From positions 76,231-140,230 of the forward strand of contig DATEHU010000033.1 in NCBI GenBank assembly GCA_035279405.1: 64,000 nt of DNA, read 5' to 3'. Positions within the stretch are counted from its first letter, which is position 1. Each line of letters starts with the position of its first letter. This DNA is from Gammaproteobacteria bacterium. Lineage in GTDB: Bacteria; Pseudomonadota; Gammaproteobacteria; Natronospirales; REEB76. A model generated the notes under the pieces. That model did no database searches, was not told the origin of the DNA, and saw only the letters and a program-made list of their open reading frames with translations. The position numbers and the translations under genes are program-made. Below are positions 56,427 to 64,000 of the stretch, in pieces.

Positions 56427-58457
56427 CTATTTCACCAGCAGCGGGATAATGAGCAGCGCGACGATGTTGATGATCTTGATGAGCGGGTTGATGGCCGGGC
56501 CGGCGGTGTCCTTGTAGGGGTCGCCCACGGTGTCGCCGGTCACGGCCGCCTTGTGGGCCTCGGAGCCCTTGCCGCCCAAGTTGCCATCCTCGATGTATTT
56601 CTTGGCGTTGTCCCAGGCACCGCCGCCCGTGGTCATGGAAATCGCCACGAACAGGCCGGTGACGATGGTGCCGACCAGTACGCCGCCGAGCATCTGCGCA
56701 CCGAAGGCCACGCCGATGATGATCGGCACCACGATCGGCAGCAGCGAGGGGATGATCATTTCCTTGATGGCCGCTTTGGTGAGCATATCTACGGCGCGCG
56801 AGTAATCGGGCTTGGCCTTGCCGGTCATGATGCCCGGGATTTCCTTGAACTGGCGGCGCACCTCGTTGACGATGCCGCCCGCAGCACGACCCACGGCTTC
56901 CATGGCCATGGCGCCGAACAGGTAGGGAATCAATCCGCCGATGAACAGGCCGATGATGACCTTGTAGTCGGACAGGTCGAAGCTGAAAGTCTTGCCGAGC
57001 GCCGCAAGGTTGTGAGTGTAGTCGGCGAACAGCACCACCGCGGCGAGCGCCGCCGAGCCGATGGCGTAGCCCTTGGTCACGGCCTTGGTGGTGTTGCCGA
57101 CCGCGTCCAGCGGATCGGTGACCGCACGCACCTCTTTCGGCAGGTCCGCCATTTCCGCGATGCCGCCGGCGTTGTCGGTGATCGGACCGTAGGCGTCGAG
57201 CGCCACAACCACACCGGTCATGGACAGCATGGTGGCGGCGGCGATGGCGATGCCGTACAGCCCCGCACACAGATACGCCACGCCGATGCTGATGCAGATG
57301 GCGATCACCGGCAGTGCCGTGGCCTTCATGGATATGCCGAGCCCCGCGATGATGTTGGTGGCGTGTCCGGTGGTCGAAGCCTGGGCGATGTGCTTCACCG
57401 GCTTGAACTGGGTGCCGGTGTAGTACTCGGTGATGGCGACCAGCACCACGGTCAGCACAGGGCCGACCACGGCCGCTTCAAACACGCCCAGATAGCCGAT
57501 ACTCGGCATGCCGGACATCAGCCAGCGGCTCACGAAGAAAAAGCCGATGATCGAGAGAATCGCGGCCACGATCACGCCGGCATACAGCGCGTTCATGATC
57601 TTGCCGCCTTCCTTGCCGCGCACCGCGAAGATGCCGATGACCGAAGCGAGGATGGACACGCCGCCAAGCGCCAGCGGGTAGACGATGGCATTGCTGCCGA
57701 GTTCCTTGATCATCAGGCCACCGAGCAACATCGAAGCCACCATGGTGACGCAGTAAGTCTCGAACAGGTCCGCGGCCATGCCGGCGCAGTCGCCCACGTT
57801 GTCGCCGACGTTGTCGGCGATCACCGCCGGGTTACGCGGGTCGTCCTCGGGGATGCCGGCCTCGACCTTGCCGACAAGATCCGCACCCACGTCCGCGCCC
57901 TTGGTGAAGATGCCGCCGCCCAGGCGCGCGAAGATCGAGATCAGCGACGCGCCGAAGGCCAGGCCGATGAGTGCGTGCAGCGCGGTTTCCTCGCTCAAGA
58001 ACTGGCGCAGGATCATGTAATAGACCGTGATGCCGAGGAGCGCCAGGCCCGCGACCAGCATGCCGGTGATGGCGCCGCTGCGAAACGCAAGCTTGAGCGC
58101 GGCCTTCACGCCATGGCGCGCGGCTTCGGCTGTGCGCACGTTGGCGCGCACCGAGATGTTCATGCCGATGTAGCCGGCCGCGCCGGAGAAGATGCTGCCG
58201 ATGGCGAAGCCGATGGCCGCGGGCCAGCTCTTCAGCACGAAACCAATGAGCAGGAACAACACGATGCCGGCCATGGCAATGGTGCGGTACTGGCGGTTGA
58301 GATACGCCTTGGCGCCCACCTGGATGGCGGCGGCGATTTCGCGCATGCGCTCGTTGCCGGCGGGGCGTTTCAGCACCCAGCCCACTGAAATCACTCCATA
58401 CAGGATCGCGACGATCCCGCAGGCCAGGGCGAACCACAAATCGGCTGTGATGGTCAT
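56427..58457 (-). CDS. hppA: membrane-bound proton-translocating pyrophosphatase
   Basis: I moved the start to the ATG at 58457 ([21 protein letters not shown]). Diagnostic segments are [38 protein letters not shown] and ...[20 protein letters not shown]. Confidence 0.95.
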   Translation of the reverse strand: MTITADLWFALACGIVAILYGVISVGWVLKRPAGNERMREIAAAIQVGAKAYLNRQYRTIAMAGIVLFLLIGFVLKSWPAAIGFAIGSIFSGAAGYIGMNISVRANVRTAEAARHGVKAALKLAFRSGAITGMLVAGLALLGITVYYMILRQFLSEETALHALIGLAFGASLISIFARLGGGIFTKGADVGADLVGKVEAGIPEDDPRNPAVIADNVGDNVGDCAGMAADLFETYCVTMVASMLLGGLMIKELGSNAIVYPLALGGVSILASVIGIFAVRGKEGGKIMNALYAGVIVAAILSIIGFFFVSRWLMSGMPSIGYLGVFEAAVVGPVLTVVLVAITEYYTGTQFKPVKHIAQASTTGHATNIIAGLGISMKATALPVIAICISIGVAYLCAGLYGIAIAAATMLSMTGVVVALDAYGPITDNAGGIAEMADLPKEVRAVTDPLDAVGNTTKAVTKGYAIGSAALAAVVLFADYTHNLAALGKTFSFDLSDYKVIIGLFIGGLIPYLFGAMAMEAVGRAAGGIVNEVRRQFKEIPGIMTGKAKPDYSRAVDMLTKAAIKEMIIPSLLPIVVPIIIGVAFGAQMLGGVLVGTIVTGLFVAISMTTGGGAWDNAKKYIEDGNLGGKGSEAHKAAVTGDTVGDPYKDTAGPAINPLIKIINIVALLIIPLLVK

Positions 58458-58471
58458 CGAGTTATCTCCGG

Positions 58472-59737
58472 TCAGAGGGTGAAGCTCGTGGTCAATTTTC
58501 CGGGCACCGCAACGTTGCGCAGCGTAACGTACTGCGGCAGCCCGTTTTTGTAAGGTGGATAGTCCTCGCCGCGGATCAGGGGCGCAAGATAGCGCCGGCA
58601 CTTCGGCGTGATGCCGAAGCCGTCCTTGGTGATGAAATCCCGCGGCATGAATTTTTCACGGTTGGCCACGTCGGTGAGTTTCGCCATGCCGACGACCCAT
58701 TTGTAGGGCTTATCGGATTTGCGCACGATGGTGGGCATCACCGCGTTGTGGCCCTTGAGGGCGAATTCCACCGCCGCCTTGCCGACCGCGTAGGCCTGAT
58801 CCACGTCGGTCTTGCTCGCGATGTGGCGCGCGGAACGTTGCAGATAATCGGCCACCGCCCAGTGGTATTTGTAATCCAGGTTTTCCTTGACCAGGTTGGC
58901 GACGAACGGCGCCACGCCGCCCAGTTGCGCGTGGCCGAAGGCGTCCCGGGTGCCGGCTTCGGCAAGGAATTTTCCGTCCCGGTTGCGCACGCCTTCCGAT
59001 ACCACGATCACGCAGTAGTCATCGCGTTTCACGCTGTCGCTGACCTTGTTCAGAAACGCCGCCTGGTCGAACGGAATCTCGGGAAACAGGATGACCTGCG
59101 GCGCATCCCCGGCCTTTTCCTGCGCCAGGCCGCCGGCCGCGGCGATCCAGCCCGCGTGCCGGCCCATGACTTCCATGACAAACACCTTGGTGGAGGTCTT
59201 GGCCATCGAGGCGACATCCAGTGCGGCCTCCTTGATGGACACCGCCACGTACTTCGCCACCGAACCGAAGCCGGGGCAGCAATCCGTGATCGGCAGGTCG
59301 TTGTCCACGGTTTTGGGTATGTGGATTGCCTGCACGGAGTAACCGAGTTTTTCCGAGAGCTGGGAGACCTTGAGACAGGTATCGGCCGAGTCGCCGCCGC
59401 CGTTGTAGAAGAAGTAACCGATGCGATGGGCGCGGAAAACGTCGATCAGGCGCTCGTACTGTGCGCGATTTTCCTCGTGGCCCTTGAGCTTGTAGCGGCA
59501 GGAGCCGAACGCGCCGCCCGGTGTGTGGCGCAGTGCCCTGATGGCAGCGGCCGATTCACGGCCGGTGTCAATCAAATCTTCCATAAGCGCGCCGATGATG
59601 CCGTTGCGGCCGGCATAGACTTTACCGATGCGGTTTTTGTGCCGGCGCGCGGTCTCGATGACACCGCAGGCACTGGCGTTGATGACGGCGGTCACGCCGC
59701 CCGACTGGGCATAAAAGGCGTTCTGGGTGAAAGCCAT
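58472..59737 (-). CDS. pfp: 6-phosphofructokinase family protein, probably PPi-dependent (Pfp)
   Basis: I moved the start to the ATG at 59737 ([28 protein letters not shown]...). Other segments are ...[12 protein letters not shown]... and ...[13 protein letters not shown]. Its stop is 14 nt before the hppA start. The phosphoryl donor is inferred from context, not shown by the sequence. Confidence 0.8.
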   Translation of the reverse strand: MAFTQNAFYAQSGGVTAVINASACGVIETARRHKNRIGKVYAGRNGIIGALMEDLIDTGRESAAAIRALRHTPGGAFGSCRYKLKGHEENRAQYERLIDVFRAHRIGYFFYNGGGDSADTCLKVSQLSEKLGYSVQAIHIPKTVDNDLPITDCCPGFGSVAKYVAVSIKEAALDVASMAKTSTKVFVMEVMGRHAGWIAAAGGLAQEKAGDAPQVILFPEIPFDQAAFLNKVSDSVKRDDYCVIVVSEGVRNRDGKFLAEAGTRDAFGHAQLGGVAPFVANLVKENLDYKYHWAVADYLQRSARHIASKTDVDQAYAVGKAAVEFALKGHNAVMPTIVRKSDKPYKWVVGMAKLTDVANREKFMPRDFITKDGFGITPKCRRYLAPLIRGEDYPPYKNGLPQYVTLRNVAVPGKLTTSFTL

Positions 59738-59795
59738 GAAAAGGAAACTCTTGTATTTGTGGGCGGAGCGGCCGACCTCCCCCGGGCCGGCGGGC

Positions 59796-59823
59796 ATTGT
59801 AGCGGGGCGGGCACGAATTGCAA
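59796..59823 (-). promoter_or_regulatory. candidate sigma-70 promoter for pfp-hppA
   Basis: The minus strand reads TTGCAA-N16-TACAAT, preceded by a T-run (gcgattttttt, UP-element-like). The -10 element ends about 58 nt upstream of the ATG at 59737. This is a motif match only. Confidence 0.45.
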
Positions 59824-59849
59824 AAAAATCGCCCACTGGCGCGGGCGCG

Positions 59850-59878
59850 TTGACGTTCCGGGAATCAGCGGGTACTTT
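59850..59878 (+). promoter_or_regulatory. candidate sigma-70 promoter for adk
   Basis: TTGACG-N17-TACTTT, about 84 nt upstream of the adk ATG. This is a motif match only. Confidence 0.35.
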
Positions 59879-59961
59879 ACGCCTGCCGTGAAGCCCTGCC
59901 CGCGCCCCGCGCGCCTCAGGCTCCACCGGCTGTCCCGCCCAACATCAACACGAGACACCAC

Positions 59962-60819
59962 ATGAGAATTGTGCTGCTGGGGGCTCCCGGCTCCGGTAAA
60001 GGGACGCAGGCGGACAAGCTCTCCGCGAAATACCGTATTCCCCACGTTTCCACGGGAGACCTGCTGCGCGAGGCGCTGGCGGCCGGATCGCCGCTCGGGC
60101 TGCAGGCCAAGGCCGCTATGGACGCCGGCCAACTGGTGTCCGACGAAATCGTGCTCGGCATCATCCGCGAGCGCTTGCGTGCCGCGGACGCCCGCAACGG
60201 CGCCATCCTCGACGGCTTCCCGCGCAACCTGTCCCAGGCGCAGGTGCTGGATGAGATGCTGCGCGCGCTCGGCCAGCCGCTGGACTGCGCGGTGCTGCTG
60301 GACGTGGATTTCGACGTGCTGCTGCAGCGTCTCGCCGGCCGGCGTACCTGCGAAAACTGCGGCGCCACTTACAACATTTATACCAATCCGCCGCGCCTCG
60401 ACGACCAGTGCGACCGCTGCGGTGCGCCCCTGCACCACCGTCCGGACGACAACGAGGTCACCATCAGCAACCGCCTGCGGGTGTACGAGCTGCAGACCAA
60501 ACCGCTGTTCGCCTTTTATCGCAACCAGGGCAAGCTGGAAACCGTCAACGGCACCGGCGAAGTGGACGAGATTTTCGGCCGTTTGGTGGCCGTGCTCGAT
60601 CCGGTCGCCAAGGGCTTGCGCAAACCCAAGCTGCCGCTCCCCGTGAACCCCTTGCGCAAAGGCAAATCCGTCAAAGCGCCGGTCAAACCCTTACCGAAAA
60701 AACCGGTGGTCAAGCCGGTCAAATCAAAATCAAAGCCCGCGCACCAGCCCGCGAGCGTCAAACCCAAACCATCGAAAAGCGTCAAGCGTCCCGCCAGGAA
60801 GAGCCGTACGCGCAAATAA
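59962..60819 (+). CDS. adk: adenylate kinase with a Cys4 (zinc-type) LID and a 73-aa Lys/Pro-rich C-terminal extension
   Basis: MRIVLLGAPGSGKGTQ. The LID is CENCGATYNIYTNPPRLDDQCDRCG. The core ends near ...EIFGRLVAVL (aa 212). The tail is DPVAKGLRKPKLPLPVNPLRKGKSVKAPVKPLPKKPVVKPVKSKSKPAHQPASVKPKPSKSVKRPARKSRTRK. Confidence 0.9.
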   Translation: MRIVLLGAPGSGKGTQADKLSAKYRIPHVSTGDLLREALAAGSPLGLQAKAAMDAGQLVSDEIVLGIIRERLRAADARNGAILDGFPRNLSQAQVLDEMLRALGQPLDCAVLLDVDFDVLLQRLAGRRTCENCGATYNIYTNPPRLDDQCDRCGAPLHHRPDDNEVTISNRLRVYELQTKPLFAFYRNQGKLETVNGTGEVDEIFGRLVAVLDPVAKGLRKPKLPLPVNPLRKGKSVKAPVKPLPKKPVVKPVKSKSKPAHQPASVKPKPSKSVKRPARKSRTRK

Positions 60820-60865
60820 ATGTGGGAGCGGCGAGCGGACCCATGGGTCCGCGCCGCGATTCCTG

Positions 60866-60959
60866 CCGTTCACGCTGAGCGTAGCTCGCATGAGCGAGCG
60901 GAGTCGAAGCGTCCTCACCCTTCGACTTCGGCCTCGCGGCCTACGCTCAGGGGGAACGG
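60866..60959. repeat. 94-bp element with 19-bp terminal inverted repeats (ccgttcacgctgagcgtag ... ctacgctcagggggaacgg), copy 2
   Basis: Read directly. The termini are homologous to 50851-50958. The inner pair is gtcgaag / cttcgac. Confidence 0.7.
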
Positions 60960-61000
60960 AGTTTTTGGACGCATGCAGCCTGAAGCCGCTCCTGCAAAAT

Positions 61001-62155
61001 TCAGGTTTTCTTTTCCTGTGATTGAATTTGCAGGGTGCCATCTTTGACGCCGAGCGCGGTCTTGCCTTCAAGCAAATCCAGCAACGTCCGGCCTGCGGTG
61101 TCCAGCCGCCAGCCCTGCAACACCGGCACATCGCGCGCGCCGCGCACCAACTGCTCGAGTTCTCCGCGGCTCGCGAGCTGCGCCGAACTCACGCCAGCCG
61201 CGGTACCTTGCAGACGCAGCACCGACATGAGCGCATCCACGAGCGCGTCCTGAGCATTGCTCAAGCGTTCGGGCAAAGGCGCCGGTTTGCCCGCGCTTTG
61301 CGCTGCGCCGATCAACGCCAGCCATTCTTCCGCGTGCCTGGTGAGCGCGCTTTCCGCCAGACCGCGCACTGCACGCAGCTCATCAATGCCGGCAGGCAAT
61401 TGCTTCGCAATGTCCATCAACGCCTCGTCCTTGAGCACCCACTGGCGCGGCAGATCGCTCTGCATCGCGGTACGCTCGCGCCATGCGGCCAGCGCCTTGG
61501 CGGCAGCCAACTGACGCGGCTTAAGCCGTTGCTGGCCGCGCAACTTCTGCCAGGCGTTGTCCGGATCCGGGCGATAGGTAGCGGGATCGGTGAGGCGCGC
61601 GGTCTCCGTCCCCAGCCAGCTAATGCGCTGCTGGCTTTCGAGCTTGTGTTTCAGGCGCGGATAAATCTCGCGCAGGTAGCGCACATCATCGGCGGCGTAT
61701 TGGCGCACCAGCGGCGCCAGCGGCCGACGTGTCCAGTCGGCACGCGTGTGGCTCTTGTCCAGATTCACTCCGAGTACGCCCTGCACCACCGTCGCGTAAC
61801 CGGCCTGGTCGGGAAACCCCGCGAAGCTCGCCGCCAGTTGGGTGTCGAACAGCGGCGCCGGCACCTGGCCGTTCAGATTGAAGAAGATTTCCAGGTCCTG
61901 ACGCGCCGAATGCAGTACCTTGAGAATGCGCGCGTCGTCGAGCACCGCCAGCAGCGGCTCGAGCGACGCCAGCGCCAACACGTCCACGCACGCGACCAGT
62001 TGCGGCGTAGCCACCTGTACCAGGCACAGCTTGGGATAATAAGTGCGTTCCCGCATGAATTCCGTATCCAGCGCCAGCCACTCGCTGCGGCCGAGGTCGG
62101 CGCACAGCGCCTGCAACGCCTCGGCGGTTTCGATCCACAGATAATCGTCGCTCAT
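61001..62155 (-). CDS. rnd: ribonuclease D
   Basis: I moved the start to the ATG at 62155 (MSDDYLWIETAEALQALCADL...LALDTEFMRERTYYPKLCLVQV). It has the DEDDy exonuclease motifs, and the HRDC region follows. Confidence 0.9.
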   Translation of the reverse strand: MSDDYLWIETAEALQALCADLGRSEWLALDTEFMRERTYYPKLCLVQVATPQLVACVDVLALASLEPLLAVLDDARILKVLHSARQDLEIFFNLNGQVPAPLFDTQLAASFAGFPDQAGYATVVQGVLGVNLDKSHTRADWTRRPLAPLVRQYAADDVRYLREIYPRLKHKLESQQRISWLGTETARLTDPATYRPDPDNAWQKLRGQQRLKPRQLAAAKALAAWRERTAMQSDLPRQWVLKDEALMDIAKQLPAGIDELRAVRGLAESALTRHAEEWLALIGAAQSAGKPAPLPERLSNAQDALVDALMSVLRLQGTAAGVSSAQLASRGELEQLVRGARDVPVLQGWRLDTAGRTLLDLLEGKTALGVKDGTLQIQSQEKKT

Positions 62156-62177
62156 GGAATTTTCGGGCTGAAGTCCG

Positions 62178-62741
62178 GTGGGCCGGCACGGTATGATGCG
62201 TGGCGGTCGTTGCACGGGAGGACGGGTGAAAGCAATTGTACGCACCTGCTGGCAGATTTGCCTGTTGCGTCAGGGTCCGCAGGTGTTCCCGCGTTCCTGG
62301 ATCTTGTTCGTCATCCTGCTGCTGGTTTACATGGCCGCGGACGTGGCGCTGTTCGTAGCGCAGGGATTGCGCGGCCGGGTACTGTTGCCGGAACTGCTGC
62401 TGGACACGGCATTGTTGCTGGCGTTCTTTGCGCTGGTGCTGACGATCTGGCAGAAACTCGAGCGTTTCAACCAGACGCTCAGCGCGCTGCTCGGCACGAG
62501 TACCATCATCATGCTCGTGGCCGTGCCGCTTACCTTGCTGGCCACGCTGCTGCCCGCGTCCACCGGCACGCAGGCAGTGGGCGTGTTGCTGTGGGTGATT
62601 GTGGCCTGGAACGTGCTGGTCACGGGCCACATCCTGCGGCATGCGCTCAATACCTGGCTCACGCTCGGTATTTTCATCGCCGGCACCTACGTGGTGCTTA
62701 ATTTGGTAATGTTCTCCGTGTTGTTCCCCATGCGGATCTGA
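62178..62741 (+). CDS. inner-membrane protein of unknown function (4-5 predicted TM segments)
   Basis: Hydrophobic stretches include WILFVILLLVYMAADVALFVA, LLLDTALLLAFFALVLTIW, IIMLVAVPLTLLATLL, GVLLWVIVAWNVLVTG and LGIFIAGTYVVLNLVMFSVLF. The start is uncertain; an in-frame GTG lies at 62226. Confidence 0.5.
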   Translation: MGRHGMMRGGRCTGGRVKAIVRTCWQICLLRQGPQVFPRSWILFVILLLVYMAADVALFVAQGLRGRVLLPELLLDTALLLAFFALVLTIWQKLERFNQTLSALLGTSTIIMLVAVPLTLLATLLPASTGTQAVGVLLWVIVAWNVLVTGHILRHALNTWLTLGIFIAGTYVVLNLVMFSVLFPMRI

Positions 62742-62743
62742 GC

Positions 62744-64000
62744 ATGCGCATCCACATACTCGGCATTTGCGGCACTTTCATGGGCGGGATTGCGGCGCTG
62801 GCGCGCGCCGCCGGCCACCAGGTGAGCGGCTCGGACGACAACGTATATCCACCCATGAGCACGCAGCTTGAATCGCTGGGAATTCCCCTGCTTGCGGGCT
62901 ATGCCGTGGAGCATCTCAAGCCCGCACCGGATCTGGTGCTGGTAGGCAACGCGCTGTCGCGCGGCAACCCGGAACTGGAAACGGTGCTGGTACGCGGCCT
63001 GCCCTACACCTCCGGCCCGCAATGGCTGGCGGAAAACGTGCTGCGCGGCCAGCACGTGCTGGCAGTGGCCGGCACGCACGGCAAGACCACCACCAGCAGC
63101 ATGCTGGTGTGGATTCTGGAACAGGCCGGCCTGAAACCGGGTTACCTCATCGGCGGCCTGCCGCGCGATTTCAAGTCGTCGGCCCGTGCCGGCAGCGGCC
63201 AGTACTTCGTGGTGGAAGCCGACGAGTACGACACCGCGTTTTTCGACAAGCGTGCCAAGTTCATGCATTACCGCCCGCGCACCGCGGTGCTCAACAATCT
63301 TGAATATGACCACGCGGACATCTATCCGGACCTCGCCAGTATCCAGACGCAATTCCAGTACCTGCTGCGTACCGTGCCGCGCAACGGATTGCTCGTGGCC
63401 AACGCCGCGGATGTCGCGCTGCAAAACGTGTTTGCCCAGGGTTGCTGGACGCCGCGCGAGACTTTCTCGCTCACCGAAGGGGACTGGACCGCGCGTCACG
63501 TGGCCGCGGACGGCAGCGCCTTCACCGTGACGTGGCGCGGCAAGCCCGCCGCCATGGTGGAATGGCGGCTGCTCGGCAAGCACAACGTCCTGAATGCGCT
63601 GGCGGCGATAGCCGCGGCCCATCACGTGGGCGTGATCCCGAGTCAGGCGGCCGAAGCCCTGATCCGTTTCCAGGGCGTGAAACGCCGGCTCGAGGTGCGC
63701 GCACGCGTGGACGGCGTCACGGTGTACGACGACTTCGCCCACCACCCCACCGCCATCGCCGCCACACTCAACGGCCTGCGCCAGCACGTCGGCAAACAGC
63801 GCATCATCGCCTTGCTCGAGCCGCGCTCCGCGAGCATGAAGCTCGGTGTGCATCGCGACAGCCTGGCCGCCGCGCTCGCCGATGCCGACCGCGTGTTCGT
63901 GTATCAGGCACCGAACGTCACCTGGGACGTGGCCGGCGCCCTGCAGCCGCTGGGCGCTCGGGCCAGTGTCAGCGGGGAGTTTTCGCAGTTGGTGGATGCC
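62744..64000 (+). CDS. mpl: UDP-N-acetylmuramate:L-alanyl-gamma-D-glutamyl-meso-diaminopimelate ligase; partial, continues past the right edge
   Basis: My own translation from the ATG at 62744: MRIHILGICGTFMGGIAALARAAGHQVSGSDDNVYPPMSTQLE...VAGTHGKTTTSSML...EADEYDTAFFDKRAKF.... The frame is open for 419 codons to base 64000, so it is absent from the ORF track. Confidence 0.9.
   Translation, partial: MRIHILGICGTFMGGIAALARAAGHQVSGSDDNVYPPMSTQLESLGIPLLAGYAVEHLKPAPDLVLVGNALSRGNPELETVLVRGLPYTSGPQWLAENVLRGQHVLAVAGTHGKTTTSSMLVWILEQAGLKPGYLIGGLPRDFKSSARAGSGQYFVVEADEYDTAFFDKRAKFMHYRPRTAVLNNLEYDHADIYPDLASIQTQFQYLLRTVPRNGLLVANAADVALQNVFAQGCWTPRETFSLTEGDWTARHVAADGSAFTVTWRGKPAAMVEWRLLGKHNVLNALAAIAAAHHVGVIPSQAAEALIRFQGVKRRLEVRARVDGVTVYDDFAHHPTAIAATLNGLRQHVGKQRIIALLEPRSASMKLGVHRDSLAAALADADRVFVYQAPNVTWDVAGALQPLGARASVSGEFSQLVDA

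Noticed and set aside
56553-58388. Very long antisense ORFs opposite well-conserved genes. Examples: 56553-58388 (611 aa), 42418-43896, 61022-62701, 9045-10409, 25533-26888, 27973-29307, 7644-8924, 4382-5581, 62687-63853.
   Set aside because: Their Arg/His/Gly/Ala-rich, low-complexity translations are typical of stop-poor antisense frames in GC-rich DNA. In every case the opposite strand encodes a recognisable full-length conserved protein.
60821-60851. tgtgggagcggc followed by the perfect 18-bp palindrome gcggacccatgggtccgc after adk, considered as a terminator or a copy of the 56358-56418 REP
   Set aside because: Only the 12-nt 5' half matches the other element and no U-tract follows. It is noted but not called as a family member or a terminator.

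Overview
This is a GC-rich proteobacterial chromosome segment. By hand count, core genes are roughly 62-70% G+C. Gene order looks most like a gammaproteobacterium; this is an inference from synteny, no search was run.

About 90% of the window is core housekeeping:
- thyA-lgt, an rlmI-like gene, and a YyaL-type thioredoxin-domain protein
- a macro-domain (ymdB-like) gene and a hotdog-fold gene
- sspB-sspA and petABC (cytochrome bc1)
- a degS-like protease, and murA-ibaG divergent from kdsD-kdsC-lptC-lptA-lptB-rpoN-hpf-rapZ
- a patatin-like lipase and an orphan ParA-like ATPase
- an Ntn acylase with two FtsX-type permeases
- an ABC-2 exporter with a DesK/NarL-type two-component pair
- a 1378-aa S8 subtilase and an amidohydrolase
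- pyk-pgk-gap-tkt and a thioesterase
- two secreted proteins of unknown function
- mpg, an RRM RNA-binding protein, an HCCA-isomerase-like gene, and TauE with an MBL-fold hydrolase
- a PFK-family gene upstream of an H+-pyrophosphatase
- adk, rnd, a membrane protein and mpl (which runs off the right edge)

No rRNA, tRNA, CRISPR array, integrase or transposase was recognised.

Three loci deserve the most attention:
1. Bases 1-2419 are an AT-richer islet. It holds one long minus-strand gene that the ORF track misses because it has no stop inside the window. The gene encodes a nuclease-like N-terminus fused to a STAND/NACHT-like P-loop NTPase, which resembles the architecture of Avs/NLR-type antiphage sensors.
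2. Bases 55.1-56.3 kb are a second AT-richer islet with an HNH_2 endonuclease carrying an unassigned N-terminal domain. It is a candidate modification-dependent restriction enzyme.
3. The subtilase has a GlyGly-CTERM-like tail and is followed by a lipoprotein that consists only of a second copy of the subtilase's own I9 propeptide.

The window also carries several intergenic repeat families, one of which encodes the last codons of pgk. There is a 526-bp non-coding gap with a perfect 18-bp long-range inverted repeat. Adenylate kinase has a 73-aa Lys/Pro-rich tail. All family names come from motif recognition by eye, and none has been confirmed by a database search.
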